Below are positions 1 to 8,497 of a stretch of 64,000 nt of DNA, piece after piece (positions within the stretch are counted from its first letter, which is position 1; the number at the start of each line of letters is the position of its first letter). Source of the DNA: Candidatus Latescibacterota bacterium. Its GTDB lineage: Bacteria; Latescibacterota; UBA2968; GCA-2709665. A model generated the notes under the pieces. It made no database searches. It saw only the letters and a list, made by a program, of their open reading frames with translations, and was not told the DNA's origin. The translations under genes were made by a program, and so were the position numbers. The stretch spans positions 1,056,001 through 1,120,000 of the forward strand of contig CBDCOX010000002.1 of the NCBI GenBank assembly GCA_965219995.1. Reading direction: 5' to 3'.

Positions 1-2
1 GG

Positions 3-476
3 TTGCTAGTCCGCACCATGAGGGATATCGCGCGGCGCACGGCGACATTGAACGTCATTACGGTCGTGGAAACTCACGTCATATCCATACTCAATACACC
101 GGACGTCTGCCGCCGGCTGGTGGATTCGGTGCGCAGCGCGAACGTCAGGCTGGTGATGGACTACGTCAATCACTTCGAATCCATAGATCAGGTCCATAAC
201 GACGCGGAACGCCTGGACCATATATTCGAGACCATCGGCACGCTGGCGCCGATCTGCCATGTAAAGGATATCAGCGTTGCAAACCGTCTCATCGTACATC
301 TCGATGAAGCCATCCCAGGCCTTGGCGAACTGAACCTGGCGCACGCGCTGGGGCTGTTTCACGCCCACCATCCGGACGGCTACGCGCTTATCGAACACCT
401 CGGCCCGGACCAGATTCCGCTCGCTGCCGAAAATGTCCGGAATATTGCGAAGCGTGCGGGCATTCCGATATCCTGA
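3..476 (+). CDS. Sugar phosphate isomerase/epimerase (xylose isomerase-like TIM barrel), 5'-truncated
   Basis: Metal-ligand motifs VVETH, MDYVN, HVKD, IEH; ORF runs off the window start. Confidence 0.8.
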   Translation: MLVRTMRDIARRTATLNVITVVETHVISILNTPDVCRRLVDSVRSANVRLVMDYVNHFESIDQVHNDAERLDHIFETIGTLAPICHVKDISVANRLIVHLDEAIPGLGELNLAHALGLFHAHHPDGYALIEHLGPDQIPLAAENVRNIAKRAGIPIS

Positions 477-497
477 AACAAGGCGTCGGCGCAGGCC

Positions 498-710
498 TCA
501 TTTCTTCCCCCCGAACTTCAGCCGCCGTATGCAGGCGCCGACGGCAAGTCCGAGACTCGCGCCGATCGATACGCCGGCGCTCAGCCACAGACCGAAGTCC
601 CCGCTGCCTACGCCCAACATGGAACCGGCCACGGCGCCGACGCCGGACCCGACCGCCATCCATTTTCCAATCTCGCGTTGTCCGTTTCCGCCTTCCTGCC
701 GTCCGGACAT
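498..710 (-). CDS. Small glycine-zipper membrane protein (about 70 aa)
   Basis: GGAGAGG RBS before the ATG at 710; two GxxxG-rich hydrophobic helices (GSGVGAVAGSMLG, GVSIGASLGLAVG) and a basic C-terminal tail. Confidence 0.6.
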   Translation of the reverse strand: MSGRQEGGNGQREIGKWMAVGSGVGAVAGSMLGVGSGDFGLWLSAGVSIGASLGLAVGACIRRLKFGGKK

Positions 711-969
711 GGCGAATCCTCTCCTGTGCGTGGGCCACCCCGGCATCTCGCCAAATATACGGGCCGGGGCCGTACGGAACAAGCTGAAATCTCCACTTGA
801 AGCGAGTCGATTATTGCCTTGACAGTGCCAGTGTCCGGGCCGTAGATATGGAAACGGAGACTGGATACCGGGGGCGGCGGGCTATGGTTGCCATGCCGGT
901 CTCCGGTGGAAGCACAAGCCACGCGCCAGGTTTCTCTCACGGAGAAAGGTTGCTTGAAAGGAGATTGAG

Positions 970-1827
970 ATGCAACCGGAACTGATTGCGGACTACCGTT
1001 GTGAAACGGGTGAAGGACCGCTCTGGCACCCCACGGAGAAATTGGTCTACTGGACCGATATACCAGCGGGCCGAGTGTTTCGCTATGACCCGGCCACCGG
1101 AATGCACGAAATCTGTTACACAGGCGAAGTCGTGGGTGGGTTTACAGTCCAGGCCGACGGGTCCCTGCTCTTATTCATGGAAAGAGGCGCGGTGAAAATC
1201 TGGCGCGACGGTGCGCTCACCACGGTGATCGGGGAAATTTCCGATGAACGTGAGACCCGGTTCAACGACGTGATTGCGGACCCCGAGGGCCGGGTTTTCT
1301 GCGGGACCATGCCCACACATGAGCGGCCGGGTAGGCTCTACCGGCTGGACACGGACGGTACGCTTCATCTGATCCTCGAAGACGTGGGGATTTCCAACGG
1401 AATGGGCTTCACGTCGGACCACCGGACCATGTATTTCACGGACACCCCCACGCTGAATATCTACCGTTTCGACTACGATCGAAAAACCGGAGGGATTTCG
1501 AACCGGGAGGTGTTCGCAACGGCGTTGGAAGGCGACGGGATGCCGGACGGCATGACCGTGGACGCCGATGGCTTCATCTGGTCCGCCCGGTGGGACGGGC
1601 ACTGTCTTGTCCGCTACACGCCTCAAGGCGTCGAAGAACGGCGCATCCGATTCCCCGTCAGGAAAGTCTCAAGCCTCACGTTCGGCGGAGAGGACTGCAC
1701 CGACATCTACGTGACGACGGCAGGCGGAAACATCAGACACGAAGACGGCGAACACGCCGGCTCCCTCTTCCGTCTGAACCTGGGCATCCGCGGCGTCCCG
1801 GAGTTCTGTTCTCGCGTCGGACTGTAG
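970..1827 (+). CDS. SMP-30/gluconolactonase/LRE family lactonase
   Basis: GEGPLW, RFND, SNGMGF and PDGMTVDADG motifs; AGGAG RBS. Confidence 0.93.
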   Translation: MQPELIADYRCETGEGPLWHPTEKLVYWTDIPAGRVFRYDPATGMHEICYTGEVVGGFTVQADGSLLLFMERGAVKIWRDGALTTVIGEISDERETRFNDVIADPEGRVFCGTMPTHERPGRLYRLDTDGTLHLILEDVGISNGMGFTSDHRTMYFTDTPTLNIYRFDYDRKTGGISNREVFATALEGDGMPDGMTVDADGFIWSARWDGHCLVRYTPQGVEERRIRFPVRKVSSLTFGGEDCTDIYVTTAGGNIRHEDGEHAGSLFRLNLGIRGVPEFCSRVGL

Positions 1828-1987
1828 CGATCATCGCAACGACACGGACAATGAAGTGCCGTTGTATCATCATTCGGTAAAGACGAGAACTGATCATCGT
1901 GCAAAGGGCACGACTTGAAATTGGGCTGACATCTATTCTGCGGCCCTTGTAATGCGGCCCCAGAAGGGTCGCATTGATTCAATTGGC

Positions 1988-2016
1988 TTGATAAATCAAA
2001 CGGTCGAGTCTATATT
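1988..2016 (+). promoter_or_regulatory. Sigma70-type promoter for the HEPN-MNT pair
   Basis: TTGATA-N17-TATATT, about 55 nt upstream of ATG 2072. Confidence 0.6.
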
Positions 2017-2071
2017 TGATTGAGACAATGACCTGCGGGAACAAATCCCACGAATCAAATAAAGGTAAAAG

Positions 2072-2452
2072 ATGACGGCTGGCGAAGCTGCGAAGTCCTT
2101 GTCGTATGCGAAACAGCATCTGAGTCGCGTGCTTGCTGCTGCCTGGGACGACCCCGTGGATTGGACAGACTTGACCATTTATGGCTTCTATTGTCTTGAA
2201 GCTGCGATAGTTGCGGCAGCCACGCACACTCGCTTGAGTTTCAGAAGGTCTCATTCAGAAAAGGCACATGCAGCGAAAGAGCTTTCCGTGTCACACGATT
2301 TACCGGATGTCTCCGGCTTCCTTTGGGTCCTTAATAACGCGCGAAAGGCTGCTGCGTATGGAGATACAGATCTCCCGGACCTCGACGCCGAGGACGTGGC
2401 TGCAAAAATCGAAGCATACGTGGACGCGGTGTCCACCTTGCTGGAAAAATAA
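2072..2452 (+). CDS. HEPN-domain protein (putative toxin)
   Basis: 126 aa, helical; HEPN-like pattern FYCLEAAIVA...SH...NARKAAAYGD (R-X4-Y); adjacent to an MNT gene. Confidence 0.7.
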   Translation: MTAGEAAKSLSYAKQHLSRVLAAAWDDPVDWTDLTIYGFYCLEAAIVAAATHTRLSFRRSHSEKAHAAKELSVSHDLPDVSGFLWVLNNARKAAAYGDTDLPDLDAEDVAAKIEAYVDAVSTLLEK

Positions 2453-2456
2453 CTCG

Positions 2457-3161
2457 ATGAGTAATCAAACACGAACGCGCAAGCGCCCGAAGATCGAGAC
2501 GACTTTGCCCTGCTTCCTCGAATCTGCAGAGAAATGGCCAAGCGTTGCGGCGAGGGAATGGGTCGAGCAGTTGATCCAAATGGCGTATGATCGAGCCGAT
2601 ATTCTGGCGATTGTCGCCTTCGGATCAATCGTTCGCGACGTCAGCCTTAGCGCCGACGTCGACTTGTTGTTCGTGTACGAATCGGAGAAACCCACATTTG
2701 CGACGCCGCCTCTGGATGTCGATGTCAAGGCGTATCGCAAGACCGACGTGGAATCACTCGTCGCACGGGGTCATGAGCTTCTTTGCTGGTCCATCCGATT
2801 CGGTACGGTACTTCACCAGAAGGATCGATACTGGTCGGATTTACAACAGACATGGGCGAGGCATTTGCCCTTACCTTCCGCCACGGTCGCTGAAGAACGC
2901 GCCGAGAGAGCAAGAAGGCTTCTTGAAGATCTCGGAGTGATCGGCGACGATGATGCGGTTCAGGAACAGTCAATCACGATGTTGACACACCTTGCTCGCG
3001 CCCGTCTGATCCGGGCCGACGTCTTTCCCGCATCACGTCCGGAACTACCGAAGCAACTGAGGTCAATAGGGGAATCTGCGTTGGCATCCCAGTTGACCGA
3101 TGCTCTGCAGAAACGCTGCGATTTAATGGAAACTCACGAGTCATTCTCGCCGCAAACGTGA
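2457..3161 (+). CDS. Minimal nucleotidyltransferase (MNT, Pol-beta superfamily) with C-terminal helical HEPN-like domain
   Basis: AFGSIVR...ADVDLL...VDV catalytic motif; ATG 4 nt after the HEPN stop; about 90 aa helical C-terminal extension. Confidence 0.78.
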   Translation: MSNQTRTRKRPKIETTLPCFLESAEKWPSVAAREWVEQLIQMAYDRADILAIVAFGSIVRDVSLSADVDLLFVYESEKPTFATPPLDVDVKAYRKTDVESLVARGHELLCWSIRFGTVLHQKDRYWSDLQQTWARHLPLPSATVAEERAERARRLLEDLGVIGDDDAVQEQSITMLTHLARARLIRADVFPASRPELPKQLRSIGESALASQLTDALQKRCDLMETHESFSPQT

Positions 3162-3182
3162 GGCAGCGAAAGCTTGCATTCG

Positions 3183-3226
3183 GAGAAAGCGTAGGGGCGA
3201 CGCATGCGTCGCCCCTACGCTTTCTC
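3183..3226. repeat. Perfect 44-bp palindrome, GTAG-type REP-like element
   Basis: gagaaagcGTAGGGGCGACGCA|TGCGTCGCCCCTACgctttctc is exactly self-complementary. Confidence 0.85.
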
Positions 3227-3480
3227 TGTTCCTGTCCGCACGCTTTTGATTTCCCGGCAGCTGCGTAAGAATCTCCATGCGGTCTCTAAACAAACCAGAC
3301 ACTTCTTGCGTTTAACAATATAGACACGGTATAAGTGGATTTTCTTGCTGAGTTGGCGTTTATAGAGTTACCTCTGTGGATCTGACATCCTACATTCACA
3401 CGGAGACTCGAGTGGATTCTGTATTGGACATAGAATTCTCAACCTCACGGGAATTTGTCCCAAGGATACGACCATTGTAT

Positions 3481-3996
3481 ATGGACGAATCAGATCTGGT
3501 GGTCAGGGCACAGAACGGCGACATCGAAGCATTTGAAGAGCTTGTAGATATATACAAAGGCATGGTCTTGTCAATTGGGTACCAGATTGCGGGAAACGGT
3601 GATGACGCTCAGGATATCTGCCAGGAAAGCTTTATTAAGCTCAACAGAAACATCCGCAAGTACACGCAAACACACAGATTCTCGACGTGGCTATATAGAT
3701 TGGTTGCAAATGCAGCGATCGACTACCTTCGAAAAGAGCGAAAGCGCCGGGGCGTGCGCCTCGAGCCCAACATGCCGGAGCCGAATCGGACGTTCGACCA
3801 GGATCTTAGACTCTCGCTCGAACAGATTCTCGTCAAGCTCTCACCCAGGCAGCGAATCGCCTTTGTGTTACGGGACCTTCAAGGTTTTCCGCTGGAGGAA
3901 GTAGCGACAATACTCCGGTGCACCGGCGTGACTGTCCGGGTTCACCTTCACAATGCCCGGACACGAATCAGAAAAAACCTGGAGAACGAGATATGA
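3481..3996 (+). CDS. ECF RNA polymerase sigma factor
   Basis: GDIEAFEELV, DAQDICQESF, FSTWLYRLVANAAIDYLRK (region 2); LSPRQRIAFVLRDLQG...HLHNAR (region 4). Start may be further upstream (3376). Confidence 0.93.
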   Translation: MDESDLVVRAQNGDIEAFEELVDIYKGMVLSIGYQIAGNGDDAQDICQESFIKLNRNIRKYTQTHRFSTWLYRLVANAAIDYLRKERKRRGVRLEPNMPEPNRTFDQDLRLSLEQILVKLSPRQRIAFVLRDLQGFPLEEVATILRCTGVTVRVHLHNARTRIRKNLENEI

Positions 3997-4634
3997 TCTG
4001 CCGTATCGTACGGTTGTTCTTGCCGCTTTACATTGAAGACGACCTCCCTGACTGGATCGCGTCCAGGCTCTCCCGCCATCTTGCACATTGCGATTCATGT
4101 GTTGCTGACCGTCAGTCATTCATGGTTTCTCAGTGCGCAGTGAGGGAAATTGCCACGCGCGAGATTCCACCGACGCAACCAGAGCTGTTTTCGACGCAAA
4201 CCGGATCTGGTCTTCAAGTCGCCAGGATCGATCAAGAGCCAATACATACCAGAACCAACCGTCAATTTGAGTGGAGACCATTAATATCGTATTCGGTCGC
4301 TGCCGTTGTGCTGATTGCAGCCATCGGATATCTGATGGAGCATTCGAGCGAGAATACCAAAGGGCAGACTGCCTATTCGGATGATTCTGAAGCGCGGACC
4401 GTTTTGACCGAAAGAAAGCCTCCCGAATTCCCGCCGCAACCCCGCGCAGAAATCACCGCATTGATGAGACGCTTGAATCCGAGGCCACACCTGACAGATG
4501 AAGATCTGGATGCCGAGTATCCCGTACTCGCCTCAGTCAACCAACCCGATTGCGTCCCGGTAGTTTTTCGTACCAATGACCCGTCCATAACGGTTGTGCT
4601 ATTATTGTCACGGAAAGGAGCGAGCCACCAATGA
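3993..4634 (+). CDS. Zinc-finger (zf-HC2/ZAS) membrane anti-sigma factor
   Basis: ATGA overlap with the sigma stop; HLAHCDSC (HxxxCxxC); one TM helix (LISYSVAAVVLIAAIGYLM); short beta-rich C-terminus. Confidence 0.88.
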   Translation: MICRIVRLFLPLYIEDDLPDWIASRLSRHLAHCDSCVADRQSFMVSQCAVREIATREIPPTQPELFSTQTGSGLQVARIDQEPIHTRTNRQFEWRPLISYSVAAVVLIAAIGYLMEHSSENTKGQTAYSDDSEARTVLTERKPPEFPPQPRAEITALMRRLNPRPHLTDEDLDAEYPVLASVNQPDCVPVVFRTNDPSITVVLLLSRKGASHQ

Positions 4635-5452
4635 AAATGAGCGCCTGTGGAGTGATTTCGACGACTGGGATATTCGGATTTTGCATTGTCGCGCTTGCAA
4701 CGGTTTTAATGGCGTCGCCGTCTGACGCCAAAAGTTCGGGACGTTCCATCAGAGCAGCCGACCTGGAGGAGTTCCTCCCACCGGGTGTAGAGGTGTTCGA
4801 TCTGAAGTATATCTCGACCGGGGATTTCGCCGGCCTTCTATCCGTCCTCGAACTCAAGACAACGAAATTCAGTCCATCTGATCAAAGTGGGCAAACAAGG
4901 GTTTTCATCCGATTTGAGGACCCCTCGTCGGCGGAAATAGCGAGAAGATTGCTGGCCAAACTGGACATCCCTCCCCGACGGATCGAAGTTCGATTCCTTC
5001 AGGTACTCGCTTCCAACGAAAGTTACTATGAATGGTCCCGGGGATCGAAGGGCGACAAATACGAAAGGCCGGTAGCGGACGAGTCCCTGCTGGAACAACT
5101 GAAACAAGCGTTCAAATTTCGTCATTTTAACCTCATAGACAGCTTTAGAATGACTTTGAACGCGGGTATAAACGCGCGAACTCAGAATAGGCCTTCGCGA
5201 ATACAGCTAGGAGACGCCTCTGGCGAAGAGAAACTCGACATCTTATCCGGTCACGCAAGCTTCTCGCTGGATTTTATCGATGATGGCAAGGGCGTGATTC
5301 AAATCCGAAATCTGAGCGCGCAAGCGGCGACGCATGTTCTGAATACTTCGCTGAACGTAAAAAACGGCGAAACCATAATTGTGGGAAGCTCAAGTCTCAT
5401 CAAGGGCAACAACGAGTTGATAACCGTTGTCACCGCCAGAACGGTGGATTGA
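4631..5452 (+). CDS. Exported protein with secretin N3/NolW-like repeat and truncated secretin-like beta domain
   Basis: ATGA overlap; N-terminal hydrophobic signal; EVFDLKYI...RLLAKLDIPPRRIEV (NolW-like) and LNTSLNVKNGETIIVG...ELITVVTARTV (secretin C-terminal-like). Confidence 0.65.
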   Translation: MKMSACGVISTTGIFGFCIVALATVLMASPSDAKSSGRSIRAADLEEFLPPGVEVFDLKYISTGDFAGLLSVLELKTTKFSPSDQSGQTRVFIRFEDPSSAEIARRLLAKLDIPPRRIEVRFLQVLASNESYYEWSRGSKGDKYERPVADESLLEQLKQAFKFRHFNLIDSFRMTLNAGINARTQNRPSRIQLGDASGEEKLDILSGHASFSLDFIDDGKGVIQIRNLSAQAATHVLNTSLNVKNGETIIVGSSSLIKGNNELITVVTARTVD

Positions 5453-5483
5453 ACAAGGCGTCCGTTGCTGATGTATTAACCAA

Positions 5484-5515
5484 AAAGCCTGATATGCAAT
5501 GACATATCAGGCTTT
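5484..5515 (+). terminator. Intrinsic terminator hairpin (possibly bidirectional)
   Basis: aaagcctgatatg-caatga-catatcaggcttt, 13-bp stem with A/T tracts, after the ECF operon. Confidence 0.75.
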
Positions 5516-5586
5516 ATTTATGTGATTTTTAAGGATGGACAGGGCTGGCAACGCGGCGCAGAAGACGGGTCGAGCGAATACAGGAA

Positions 5587-5699
5587 GGGCGCCCACAAGG
5601 GACGCCCCTACACGACAGGTAGCCGGATTTGTAGAAATGCGGCCGTGACCCAAATCCCCCGAGCGATAACAAATGGGGCGGTTCGCGAACCGCCCCTAC
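5587..5699. repeat. Two REP-like hairpins ending in GCCCCTAC
   Basis: gggcgcccacaagggacgcccctac (5587-5611) and ggggcggttcgcgaaccgcccctac (5675-5699) share the GCCCCTAC end with the 3183 palindrome. Confidence 0.7.
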
Positions 5700-5740
5700 A
5701 TTGAACCGGTTGTTCGAGGGTCGGTATCGCGTGTCCGTAT

Positions 5741-5822
5741 CGCTAACCGCTAAGCCCGGAGGTGTCTTCTACCGTCTAACGTCTTACGTCTCACCGCCTC
5801 TGGCTGATTGCTGACGGCTGCT
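5741..5822. repeat. Degenerate heptamer tandem repeats
   Basis: cgctaac-cgctaag; ctaccgt-ctaacgt-cttacgt-ctcaccg; ggctgat-tgctgac-ggctgct. Confidence 0.55.
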
Positions 5823-5845
5823 TTTTTATTGCTGTCTCTTTCCCC

Positions 5846-6631
5846 TCAACCCCGCGCCAGATCCCGATACGCCCGGAAGAGATCCGCGTAATACGCCGTG
5901 AACATCCATAGATCGCCCACACCCCGATCGGCGCTGCGTTCCGCTTCGGCCGACATATATCCGTCGTATCCTCGTTCGTGTAGCAGCCGGAACAGCTCTC
6001 TGTACGGATATCCCTGTCCGGCCAGGTCGTGCATGTGCACGTGGTCCAGCCATGGCCAGACCGTATCCAGCGCCTGCTTGACCGACCCGTCGACCACGTC
6101 TTCCGACACCGAGTTCCAGATCAGGCCGAAATTCTCATGGTCCACCTTCCCGGCTACCGCGCTGCAGGACTGCCAGTCGAATTCGCCGTGCAGTTCCAGG
6201 CAGGGTTTGATTCCTCTAGCGGAGCCGTACGCGCATAGCTCCTGGAGCGCATCGGCCACCTGGGCGATCGTCTTCTCTTTCGGCACTTCTTTGGGGAAAT
6301 TGTTCCCGAAGACCCTCACCCTGGGCGCCCCCAGGTCCGCTGCCAGATCCATCCGCACCCTGGTCTGTTCGATCTGGTCCCGCAAGTCGGACGCGTCGAC
6401 ATCGTGATACCGGTTTCCCGTGGCAATGCTGATGATTTCGATCCCGGCCGCCCCGCAATCGGCAACCACCCGCCTGCGTTCGGCGTCGTCAATCGACGCC
6501 TCCACCCCGTGTCCGTGCCCCAGGTCCGTCCGGAATTCAACCCCCTCGACTCCATGGTCACTCAGCGTCTGCAGCAAGTCCTGTCGCGAAAGTTCCTTCA
6601 GAACGCCATAGGTCATCCAGGATAGTTTCAT
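5846..6631 (-). CDS. Sugar phosphate isomerase/epimerase (TIM barrel)
   Basis: GVEFR, RVRVFG, LELHG, HVHMHD, SAE motifs; GGAG RBS. Confidence 0.88.
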   Translation of the reverse strand: MKLSWMTYGVLKELSRQDLLQTLSDHGVEGVEFRTDLGHGHGVEASIDDAERRRVVADCGAAGIEIISIATGNRYHDVDASDLRDQIEQTRVRMDLAADLGAPRVRVFGNNFPKEVPKEKTIAQVADALQELCAYGSARGIKPCLELHGEFDWQSCSAVAGKVDHENFGLIWNSVSEDVVDGSVKQALDTVWPWLDHVHMHDLAGQGYPYRELFRLLHERGYDGYMSAEAERSADRGVGDLWMFTAYYADLFRAYRDLARG

Positions 6632-6694
6632 TTACGACTCTCCTCTGACAAGCTGTCTTAAGGGTGATAAGCCGACGGTCGTCCCCGGCTTGCA

Positions 6695-7420
6695 TCAGAC
6701 CACAGGTTCCTTGCCGATCCTTGCAAAGCCCTCCGCGTACCGGCAGTCGTTCATGCCGGCCATATGCTGCGCCTCGATGGCGCGGTACCGGTTCAGAACC
6801 GTATAGACTTCCGGCAAGGGCGGCTGAGCGGCAAGTTTCTTTAAGGCTTCGATCTTTTGTTCGAAAACCGATGAAATATCCACGTAAAGATCGGGGACGA
6901 ATCCGGAAACCGGCGACGTCCCCATCGTGGTTTCATAACAGACGACAAGCGGTCGCCCACATGGGGCATCGGCGGTATTGATTCCCCCCGCATTGCAATA
7001 CGAACACGCCCACAACACGGCCTGCGTGGTCTCCACGTGGTCGGGATGCATCACATCGTTGATCCAGTGACTCAGAACGAGGTCCGGTCTGAACCGCCGA
7101 ACCGCTTCCAGCAACTCCAGCCGGCGTTCGGGGCCGACCACCAGCGGACTGTCGCCGAAGTCGAAACAGTCGATGCTTGCGCCAAGGATCTCCGCGGCGG
7201 CCTCGAACTCCGCCCTGCGCTTTTCCTTGACGTCCTCCAGCGTCCGGTTCGGGTCCTCCGCCCACAATGCCGGCGATTCACAGCGTTCTCCGAAGGTCAG
7301 ATTATGTACGTGTACCGTGCCGCCGGCCTCGACGAAACGGATAATCGCACCCCCGGCGCGCGAGCAGAAATCCGCTGCGTGAGCGCTGAAGACCAGAACC
7401 CGCATGCCCTCCCGGATCAT
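6695..7420 (-). CDS. PIG-L family protein, GalB (4-oxalomesaconate hydratase)-like
   Basis: SAHAADFCSRAGGAI resembles the GalB N-terminal motif rather than the HPDD of deacetylases; FGERCES; HPDH; C-terminal YAEGF. Confidence 0.8.
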   Translation of the reverse strand: MIREGMRVLVFSAHAADFCSRAGGAIIRFVEAGGTVHVHNLTFGERCESPALWAEDPNRTLEDVKEKRRAEFEAAAEILGASIDCFDFGDSPLVVGPERRLELLEAVRRFRPDLVLSHWINDVMHPDHVETTQAVLWACSYCNAGGINTADAPCGRPLVVCYETTMGTSPVSGFVPDLYVDISSVFEQKIEALKKLAAQPPLPEVYTVLNRYRAIEAQHMAGMNDCRYAEGFARIGKEPVV

Positions 7421-7468
7421 TCCGTTCTCCCTGACCTGGTGCAGGTTTCGCTGCAGTTTGCACGTCTG

Positions 7469-8221
7469 CTACGAATTCTGACCGTATTCGGGCAGCGTCC
7501 CGTCGTCTTCCGGTGTATACCCGAGCATTTCGCGGGCGTTGGTCAGGTCCCATTTCTTCTCACAGCCGGCCGACACCCCGTAGAAGATGCCGAACGGCAC
7601 ATGACTCGATTCGATGGACCTCCGGACCAGTTGCGCGAGATCCCTCGGACTCAGCCAGCGGGAACGCCCCGGCTCATACCGCTGTCCAGGCACGTCCTCG
7701 CCATTGAAATTCGCCACCCGAAGGCAGATCACACGGACTCCGTGCCGGTCCGAATAGAACCTGCCGAGAGCTTCGCCGAAGGCCTTTCCCGCCCCGTAAA
7801 CGCCATCCGGCCGGACCGGGCTTTCCGGGGTCGAAACAAGCCCTTCTCTCTCGTATAGACCTGTGACGTGATTGGTACTCGCAAAGATGACCACGGGCAC
7901 TTCATTTATTCGCGCAGCCTCGAGAATATTGTACACGCCCGGGATATCGACATCCAGGGTTGCCTTCGCGACGTCCTCCGGCGTCATCCCACCCCATCTC
8001 CGGATGGCCAGGTGCACAATGGCGTCTACGCCGGCCGCGGCTTCGACCATCGCCGCACTGTCCGCCACACTGCCGACAACCACCTGGTCGTCCGGGTGCA
8101 CGTCATCGGGCACGTTCGAGTGCAGCAGCAGACGGAAACGGTATGGCTCCCGCAGGCGGTTCCGGATAGACGTCCCCAGCGACCCGGCCGCGCCGGTCAG
8201 GAATATCCGCTTCATCCGCAT
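7469..8221 (-). CDS. NAD-dependent epimerase/dehydratase family, uronate dehydrogenase-like
   Basis: TGAAGSLG, FASTNHVTG, PDGVYGAGKAFGEALGR, WLSPRDL, LGYTPED. Confidence 0.85.
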   Translation of the reverse strand: MRMKRIFLTGAAGSLGTSIRNRLREPYRFRLLLHSNVPDDVHPDDQVVVGSVADSAAMVEAAAGVDAIVHLAIRRWGGMTPEDVAKATLDVDIPGVYNILEAARINEVPVVIFASTNHVTGLYEREGLVSTPESPVRPDGVYGAGKAFGEALGRFYSDRHGVRVICLRVANFNGEDVPGQRYEPGRSRWLSPRDLAQLVRRSIESSHVPFGIFYGVSAGCEKKWDLTNAREMLGYTPEDDGTLPEYGQNS

Positions 8222-8428
8222 GGCGCGTGCGGACCCTCCGGTTGTGGTTGATCGTAGAACACAAGCTCCAACTTTCGTGCGGCCTGAATGACGGGAATGT
8301 GACAACCGGGTACGGAGATCAGTCGATCGCGAGGGACCGGAAGCGCCGCGAGAAAGACCGACACTGTACGAGTCCTGAAGATAGCGCGTGCTTCCCGAAA
8401 ACGCAATACCGATTCAACCGGGAAGGCC

Positions 8429-8457
8429 TTGAATAAAGATTCGTTTCTGTATATCTT
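8429..8457 (+). promoter_or_regulatory. Sigma70-type promoter
   Basis: TTGAAT-N17-TATCTT upstream of the IMPase gene. Confidence 0.6.
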
Positions 8458-8497
8458 ATCGCAGCTGAAAATCCCCTTCCATCGTTCCGGAGGCAAC

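Noticed and set aside
2268-2456. N-terminal extension of the MNT ORF
   Set aside because: Overlaps the HEPN gene out of frame; ATG 2457 right after the HEPN stop is more plausible
4631-5452. Functional type II/III secretion system
   Set aside because: Protein too short for a full secretin, and no other secretion or pilus genes in the window
5522-5704. 60-aa ORF containing GAHKGRPY and GAVREPPL
   Set aside because: These peptides are translations of the REP-like hairpins; no RBS
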